A stretch of DNA of 64,000 nucleotides from an uncultured candidate division Zixibacteria bacterium (GTDB lineage Bacteria > Zixibacteria > MSB-5A5 > UBA10806): the NCBI GenBank assembly GCA_963817915.1, contig CAWFQL010000012.1, forward strand, positions 544,001 through 608,000, in the 5' to 3' direction. Below the pieces are notes generated by a model. The model worked only from the letters and a program-made list of their open reading frames with translations. It did not search any database and was not told the DNA's origin. A program made the position numbers and the translations under genes. Below are positions 58,276-64,000 of this stretch, piece by piece. The stretch's first letter is position 1. Each line of letters opens with the position of its first letter.

Positions 58276-59130
58276 TTATTTATCCTTCTTAGATATTACG
58301 ATAGCGCCAATCATCGCAGCCAAAAGCAAGGCTGAAACGACCTCAAACGGCAATACGAATTTCGACATTAGCAATTTGCCGATAATCTCGATATTATTAT
58401 TTGAAAGTTTTGTAGTCAGTGTCATGTTTTGGTTGTTAATGCTGCTTACAACCCATTTGGCCGATCTAATTGCGCCATAATTTACTTTGTCGCTCCAAAC
58501 CTTGAGATTAATCGATTGGCCATGAGTAAACAAAGTATCGGTTGTCGAAAAATCTGATTTGGATGAGATCATATAGCCGCTCGCCAAACCTTCATCGCTT
58601 CTCGTGGGAAGAGATATATAGTTGTCTGGGTCTTTTGCTCGAACTGTGAAAAGGCCGCTGGCAAGGTAATTTTGATTCAAAGTATCTTCAAGGTCGACTA
58701 TCCAACTCCACTGAATATCATTTGATGGTAAATCGGATATTTCGATTGAAGCTGACCAAATGCCCTTGTTGGGATTGGGTTTATCATATGTACTAAATGT
58801 TTTGGTTACCGCGAAGATTGATAATGCCAGAAATATCGCGCTGATGATTGCGGCGGGCCAAACCTGTTCATTGGTCTGCCTGATTGATTTTGACTGAATC
58901 TGGTATGTGAGCATAATCGCGAAGAGGATCAAGATCGTTATCGCGCCAACATATATAAGCACCTGAACCGCTGCCAAAAATTCGGCATTGAGCATCAGGT
59001 AGATTCCGGCGACCATAAAGAATGCCAGAACCAGCATCAGCGCCGAATGGAAAACATTGCGGAGAGTCACGACCAGCAACGCGGATATTAAAATTACGCC
59101 AGACAACAAATAGAAAAGCGATAGGTTCAA
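58276..59130 (-). CDS. nuoJ: NADH-quinone oxidoreductase subunit J with a large loop insertion
   Basis: AEFLAAVQVLIYVGAI and LPFE..S.LLL.AMIGA motifs, separated by about 125 extra residues. Confidence 0.92.
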   Translation of the reverse strand: MNLSLFYLLSGVILISALLVVTLRNVFHSALMLVLAFFMVAGIYLMLNAEFLAAVQVLIYVGAITILILFAIMLTYQIQSKSIRQTNEQVWPAAIISAIFLALSIFAVTKTFSTYDKPNPNKGIWSASIEISDLPSNDIQWSWIVDLEDTLNQNYLASGLFTVRAKDPDNYISLPTRSDEGLASGYMISSKSDFSTTDTLFTHGQSINLKVWSDKVNYGAIRSAKWVVSSINNQNMTLTTKLSNNNIEIIGKLLMSKFVLPFEVVSALLLAAMIGAIVISKKDK

Positions 59131-59684
59131 GCCTTATCCTCCGTCTGGATATCTTTGCCAGGGTTATCAGATTTATTAACCGGAGCGGATGCATCGGGCG
59201 CGGCGGCTTTCGGGGCCGGTTTCGGCTTCCGCTTCTTTTCGTATTTTACATCGCGGCCGAGTTCCTGTAACTTGGCCTTATCATATATAAGGTCGGCCTT
59301 ATCGAATGTCGCGAATTCATATTTGCCGGTCAGCTTGATGGCGTCGAAATTACAGACTTCCTCGCATATGCCGCAGAAACAGCATATAGTATTATCGATT
59401 GTAAAAATATCGGGATGGCGGTTTCCGGCCTCATCCTTCATTTGAGTAACCGTAATAGCGGCGACAGGGCATTGCTTCATGCAAACCTGGCAGGCATTGC
59501 AATTCAATTCGCCGTTTTCAGGGTCCGATAGAAGCACTACAACTCCACGGGATCGTTCCGGCATCGGCCAACGTTCGGTTGGATACTGGAGCGTTACAGA
59601 TTTTCCGAAAAGATATTTGAGTGTGGTCTTGAGACCAATAATCAGATTTTTGATTCCGGATATTATGCGTTTTAACGTTTTCAT
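59127..59684 (-). CDS. nuoI: NADH-quinone oxidoreductase subunit I
   Basis: TLQYP and two 4Fe-4S motifs (CNACQVC...CP; CCFCGICEEVC). Confidence 0.93.
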   Translation of the reverse strand: MKTLKRIISGIKNLIIGLKTTLKYLFGKSVTLQYPTERWPMPERSRGVVVLLSDPENGELNCNACQVCMKQCPVAAITVTQMKDEAGNRHPDIFTIDNTICCFCGICEEVCNFDAIKLTGKYEFATFDKADLIYDKAKLQELGRDVKYEKKRKPKPAPKAAAPDASAPVNKSDNPGKDIQTEDKA

Positions 59685-59685
59685 A

Positions 59686-60744
59686 TTATTTGAATATATA
59701 CACTCCGAATGCTGTCAGAATAATGTTGGCGAATGAGAGCGGAAGAAGGAATTTCCACGCGAACCCCATGAGTTGATCGACTCTTAATCTGGGATAAGTC
59801 CACTTCACCCACATCATTACGAATATCAAGAATAATGTTTTACCTACGAACCATATCCAGCTTGGAATAAATGACAGTCCGGGAATCGGCGGCTGCCATC
59901 CGCCGAGGAACAACGTTGTCGCAACGGCGCAAACCGCGAACATGCTGGCAAATTCCGCCATAAAGAATAAAGCGAATTTCATTCCAGAATACTCGATATT
60001 AAAGCCTGCCACCAATTCTTGTTCGGCCTCTGGCAAGTCAAATGGGGTTCTATTCGTTTCCGCTGTCGCCGCGGTAAAATATATTCCAAATCCGAGAATT
60101 TGCGGCAGCCAGTACCATTTCCAGAAGTAGGGCCCCTGAGCCTGGACAATGTCTACCATTGAAAGCGATCCGGCGAGCATTACAGCTCCGAGAACGGAGA
60201 GAGTCAACGGCACTTCATAGGAGATCACTTGTGCGGCCGATCTCATGCCGCCAAGCAGCGAATATTTATTGTTGGAAGCGTAACCTGCCATTAGAATCGA
60301 TATGACGGTGAAGGTCGTAATAGCCAATATATAAAGTATACCGATATTAAGGTCGCGGGCTATCAACCCTTTGCCGAATGGTATTACAATGAAGGCCGCG
60401 AGAGCGGCGGTAAAACAGATCACCGGCGCCCAGAAGAACACACGCTTATCAGCCGAAGTTGGAGTAATATCCTCTTTTTGTATAAGCTTGATGGCATCGA
60501 CGATTGTCTGCAAAACTCCATGCCAGCCGGTTCTCATTGGACCAAGTCTATCCTGGAAATGCGCCGAAATTTTCCGTTCCCACCAAACCAGGAAAATAAC
60601 CGAAATAAGCACTACTGCTAATATTGCCGCTCCTGCAAATACCATTACAAATATATCGAGCCAGAAAACCGGAATTCCATTGGCATGGCACCATAGTGTC
60701 AAAGAGCTATAGATATTGGTCAAAAGCTTATCAAATTCAAACAT
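59686..60744 (-). CDS. nuoH: NADH-quinone oxidoreductase subunit H
   Basis: ERK...QDRLGP, AETNRTPFDLPEAE and PRLRVDQLM motifs. Confidence 0.96.
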   Translation of the reverse strand: MFEFDKLLTNIYSSLTLWCHANGIPVFWLDIFVMVFAGAAILAVVLISVIFLVWWERKISAHFQDRLGPMRTGWHGVLQTIVDAIKLIQKEDITPTSADKRVFFWAPVICFTAALAAFIVIPFGKGLIARDLNIGILYILAITTFTVISILMAGYASNNKYSLLGGMRSAAQVISYEVPLTLSVLGAVMLAGSLSMVDIVQAQGPYFWKWYWLPQILGFGIYFTAATAETNRTPFDLPEAEQELVAGFNIEYSGMKFALFFMAEFASMFAVCAVATTLFLGGWQPPIPGLSFIPSWIWFVGKTLFLIFVMMWVKWTYPRLRVDQLMGFAWKFLLPLSFANIILTAFGVYIFK

Positions 60745-61868
60745 TAACGGTCAACCTCCGGAAGTACGACATCGAGAGACCCAAATATCGCCACCAGGTC
60801 GGCGATCTTCCAACCGACCGCGATTCGCGGTAGGCATTGAAGATTGCAATATGATGCCGTCCGAATCTTCACCCTGTAAGGCTTTTTCTCGCCTTCTGAT
60901 ACGATATAATATCCCATTTCGCCGCGAGGCGCCTCGATTCGCGAGAACACTTCGCCTTTTGGCGGCTTGAAGACGGCTGGTATCTTTGCTTTTATAATAT
61001 CACCTTCGGGGAGGCCGCCTAACGCCTGTTCTATAATGTTGCAGGATTGGCGAAGCTCTTCAATACGGACGCTATATCTATCCCAGACGTCGCCTGTCTT
61101 CCCGGTTGGTATCTTGAAATCGAATTTAGGATAGACTGAATATGGATCGACCTTGCGCAGATCCCATTCGTAATTTGACGCTCTAATATTTGGTCCGCTC
61201 GCGCCCAGATTTTTCGCAAGATCAAGCGGCAATATTCCAACTCCCTTGGTTCTTCCGAGGAAGATCGGATTTTGTGTCAAGAGCGCTTCGTAATCGTCAA
61301 CTTTTTTGCGGAAATCGACAACGAATTCCTGGCATGATTTGGCAAATTGAGGGGGGATATCCCTCGATACGCCGCCAATCCTTATATAATTGTATGTCAG
61401 TCGTTGACCGCAGGTCATTTCGAATAGATCCAATATCCATTCTCGTTCGCGGAAGGCATACAGAAATGGAGTAACAGCGCCCAGATCGAGTGACAACGGT
61501 CCAAACCATACCATGTGCGAAGCAATTCTATTGAACTCCACCATTATGACACGAAGATATTCCGCTCGTTCGGGAATTTCGATCCCAGCCAATTTTTCCA
61601 CAGCCACAGCCCAGGCCAGATTAGATGGCATCGACGCGCAATAATCTATTCTGTCTGTAAATGGCGTAAATTGATTGTATGTTCGATTTTCGGCTATCTT
61701 TTCTATCGATCTATGTAAATATCCAACATGCGGTGTAATTTCGCGAATGAACTCGCCTTCCATCTTCAATACGAGCCGCAACACGCCATGAGTGGATGGG
61801 TGCTGAGGGCCCATATTAACGATAAATTCTTCTTCGCGAAGTCCTTTGGTATCTATGGTCTGGCTCAT
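60744..61868 (-). CDS. nuoD: NADH-quinone oxidoreductase subunit D
   Basis: NMGPQHPSTHGVLRL, GYLHR, EAPRGE and terminal EVDR; no NiFe CxxC motifs. Confidence 0.96.
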   Translation of the reverse strand: MSQTIDTKGLREEEFIVNMGPQHPSTHGVLRLVLKMEGEFIREITPHVGYLHRSIEKIAENRTYNQFTPFTDRIDYCASMPSNLAWAVAVEKLAGIEIPERAEYLRVIMVEFNRIASHMVWFGPLSLDLGAVTPFLYAFREREWILDLFEMTCGQRLTYNYIRIGGVSRDIPPQFAKSCQEFVVDFRKKVDDYEALLTQNPIFLGRTKGVGILPLDLAKNLGASGPNIRASNYEWDLRKVDPYSVYPKFDFKIPTGKTGDVWDRYSVRIEELRQSCNIIEQALGGLPEGDIIKAKIPAVFKPPKGEVFSRIEAPRGEMGYYIVSEGEKKPYRVKIRTASYCNLQCLPRIAVGWKIADLVAIFGSLDVVLPEVDR

Positions 61869-61872
61869 TCTA

Positions 61873-62346
61873 TTATTTCTCCGGCATCGGAATAAAATCC
61901 GGACCGGTCCAGCCCTTTCTCATGGGATATCCGCTATTCCAATCCTCATCCAATAGCAGCGGACGAGGGTCGGGATGATTTTTGAATATGACTCCGAACA
62001 ATTCCATTGCTTCTCTCTCATACCAGGCGGCATTTTGCCATATATCGGATATTGTGCCGATTTCGGGATTATCTTTATCCAATTTGACTTTGGCAACCAT
62101 ATTATGCCGCTGGCCATGCGATGATAATGATAGCACGACCTCGAAGCATTTGTCCGGATAATGAACCGCGCCTAACTGGAAGAGGTAATCGAAATCCAGC
62201 GAGGCATCCTTATATATATATTCGCAGAAATCGCGATATTTATCTTTAGAGATATAGATAAACGGCTCCGGCTGCTTGATATCGATAACTTCAATATCCG
62301 AGCCGAATTTATCTTGAATTTTTTTTATTATTTCTTCTTTGGTCAT
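61873..62346 (-). CDS. nuoC: NADH-quinone oxidoreductase subunit C
   Basis: WYEREAMELFG..F..HPD.R.LLL...GYPMRK motif. Confidence 0.94.
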   Translation of the reverse strand: MTKEEIIKKIQDKFGSDIEVIDIKQPEPFIYISKDKYRDFCEYIYKDASLDFDYLFQLGAVHYPDKCFEVVLSLSSHGQRHNMVAKVKLDKDNPEIGTISDIWQNAAWYEREAMELFGVIFKNHPDPRPLLLDEDWNSGYPMRKGWTGPDFIPMPEK

Positions 62347-62371
62347 TTAATTGGCATCAAAAGATTGAATA

Positions 62372-62896
62372 TTAGACGATTTTTTTGTCCGAAGCCCAAT
62401 CGGCTATTTTTTCTTTCCGGATTTTTTCCTGCAGTTTCATGCAGCCCTGCATCAATGATTCCGGACGAGGGGGGCAGCCGGGAATATAGACATCAACTGG
62501 AACAACCTTATCAATGCCTTTTAAAACAGAATAACAATCGTAATAGAATGGCCCGCCATTACAGGCGCATCCGCCCATGGCGATTACATATCGGGGTTCG
62601 GCCATTTGTTCATGCAGCAGCTTGACACGTTTGGCCATCTTGTGGGTTACAGTTCCGGCGACAAACATCAGATCAGCCTGTCTTGGAGACGCTCTGAAAA
62701 ACATTCCGAATCTATCGAAATCGTATCGGGACGCACCCGTTGCCATCATTTCGATAGCGCAGCAGGCCAGCCCAAAGAGCATATACCACATGGAATCGGC
62801 ACGGGCTTCATTAAGGACCCAATCCATTGATGTTGTGACAATTCCGCCGCCGGGTATTTTTTCGATATAAGCGGGTACTTTTTCAATTACACCCAT
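62372..62896 (-). CDS. nuoB: NADH-quinone oxidoreductase subunit B
   Basis: [17 protein letters not shown] and [12 protein letters not shown] motifs. Confidence 0.96.
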   Translation of the reverse strand: MGVIEKVPAYIEKIPGGGIVTTSMDWVLNEARADSMWYMLFGLACCAIEMMATGASRYDFDRFGMFFRASPRQADLMFVAGTVTHKMAKRVKLLHEQMAEPRYVIAMGGCACNGGPFYYDCYSVLKGIDKVVPVDVYIPGCPPRPESLMQGCMKLQEKIRKEKIADWASDKKIV

Positions 62897-63243
62897 TTTA
62901 ACGCATCCTTTTTCCAGGCATAGGCTAATCCGAAAATCAGAATAGCCAAAAATATTAGCATTTCAACCAGGGCAAACAGGCCGAGCTTCTTAAAGGCTAC
63001 CGCCCATGGAAACAAAAATACTACTTCAACATCGAATATGACGAATATCAAAGCATAAATATAGTAGCCGACATTATATTGAATCCAGGACGAGCCCACA
63101 GGCACTTCGCCGCATTCATAGTTTTGATTTTTTATTTTGCTGGGTCGGCTGGGTCTGACCAGGCTGGCTATAAATAAAGTGACCAGCACAAAGCCCATAC
63201 CTACTATAAGGAATATTCCAATTATTGAATAATCACCAATCAT
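62887..63243 (-). CDS. nuoA: NADH-quinone oxidoreductase subunit A
   Basis: YECG and [15 protein letters not shown] motifs. Start placed at MIGDYS (63243); 63273 is possible. Confidence 0.94.
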   Translation of the reverse strand: MIGDYSIIGIFLIVGMGFVLVTLFIASLVRPSRPSKIKNQNYECGEVPVGSSWIQYNVGYYIYALIFVIFDVEVVFLFPWAVAFKKLGLFALVEMLIFLAILIFGLAYAWKKDALKWV

Positions 63244-63697
63244 CTTTCGCATCCCTTTTGTGAACCCATTCACTACCTCTCACAAAAATCTTTTTGAAAA
63301 AAACTCAATTCGTCAAGAATGTCAAGATTAATTTTTAGATTTATTAATTAATTTCATTTTCAGGCAAAGATATATATCAAATTGATAATTGACTCAAAAC
63401 CATTTTTTGCCAAAAAATTATCAATCATGCCTTTTCGATGATCTATAAAGATATTGATCCATGATCAAATTCTATCATAATATCGGATTTAAAATCTGCC
63501 GTAAATGAAGTTTTGAAAATCAATATTGTATAGGATTAAGCAGTTGAATTTTTATCAGAGCCTTCATCTGATCGAAGAAAAAATATGAAATCAAAATGTT
63601 TTACCAAAAAAAATGATGCAAAAATAAAAATTATTGAGAACAAATATTTTATTCATTTAGTTTGACAGAATGGGATGATGATTATAAAATCAAAGCA

Positions 63698-64000
63698 ATG
63701 AAAGTCACTATCGGAAGAACAAGCGAACGATTTGCCGCCAATCTTGAGCAGCTGAAGAAAGAATCAACTGATCAGATTAGAAGATCATTCGATTCTATAG
63801 TTACTCTCAAGGATTTTCTTTCTGAGGCTGATGCTATTCAGCAAACCGAGCGATATACGAAACTCGTATCGAAGCTTGATTCGGTTGAAAAACGTCTTTC
63901 GAGATTCGAGGACTCGCTCAGCGATCGAGTCAGCAAGCTTATCCGCGAATACGATAAATTGAAATCGGAAGTCGACGGTGTAGCGCAAGAAAGAAAAATC
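63698..64000 (+). CDS. Coiled-coil hypothetical protein, 5' part (runs off the window)
   Basis: Open frame MKVTIGRTSERFAANLEQLKKES...VAQERKI with no stop before the window end. Confidence 0.6.
   Translation, partial: MKVTIGRTSERFAANLEQLKKESTDQIRRSFDSIVTLKDFLSEADAIQQTERYTKLVSKLDSVEKRLSRFEDSLSDRVSKLIREYDKLKSEVDGVAQERKI

Noticed and set aside
60744..62896. Group 4 NiFe hydrogenase instead of complex I
   Set aside because: The large subunit lacks both CxxC Ni-binding motifs and has NuoD signatures; nuoA, J and K are present.

Overview
A 64 kb chromosomal window from a diderm bacterium. LpxH, LptE, PorV and an Omp85 protein, plus a FlgD/T9SS-like 'YPNPFN' tail, suggest an FCB-type lineage such as Zixibacteria (inference only). 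Most of the window is housekeeping: tRNA-Ala(CGC)-large SRP RNA-dnaX-ybaB-recR, htrA, rlmD, murA, lpxH, purL, hutU/hutI, htpX and an 11-subunit nuoABCDHIJKLMN operon without nuoEFG. Several conserved genes carry single-base frameshifts that look like sequencing or assembly errors. The main findings are: (1) an intact two-gene LeuC/LeuD (aconitase-family) module that has lost nearly all catalytic and Fe-S residues and has gained two N-terminal HTH-like motifs, translationally coupled to a HIT hydrolase and next to a motif-degenerate Mre11/SbcD plus membrane-anchored SMC-like ATPase pair; (2) a secreted Omp28/thioredoxin-like selenoprotein missed by the ORF track, with an in-frame UGA in a UxxC motif and a SECIS-like hairpin; (3) an archaeal-type GatD; (4) a tandem TM2-protein array containing a relic third copy; (5) nested REP-like palindrome mosaics; (6) an MjaI-family restriction-modification pair inserted into the hut operon; (7) a large domain insertion in NuoJ. 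Family assignments come from motif recognition; no database searches were run.
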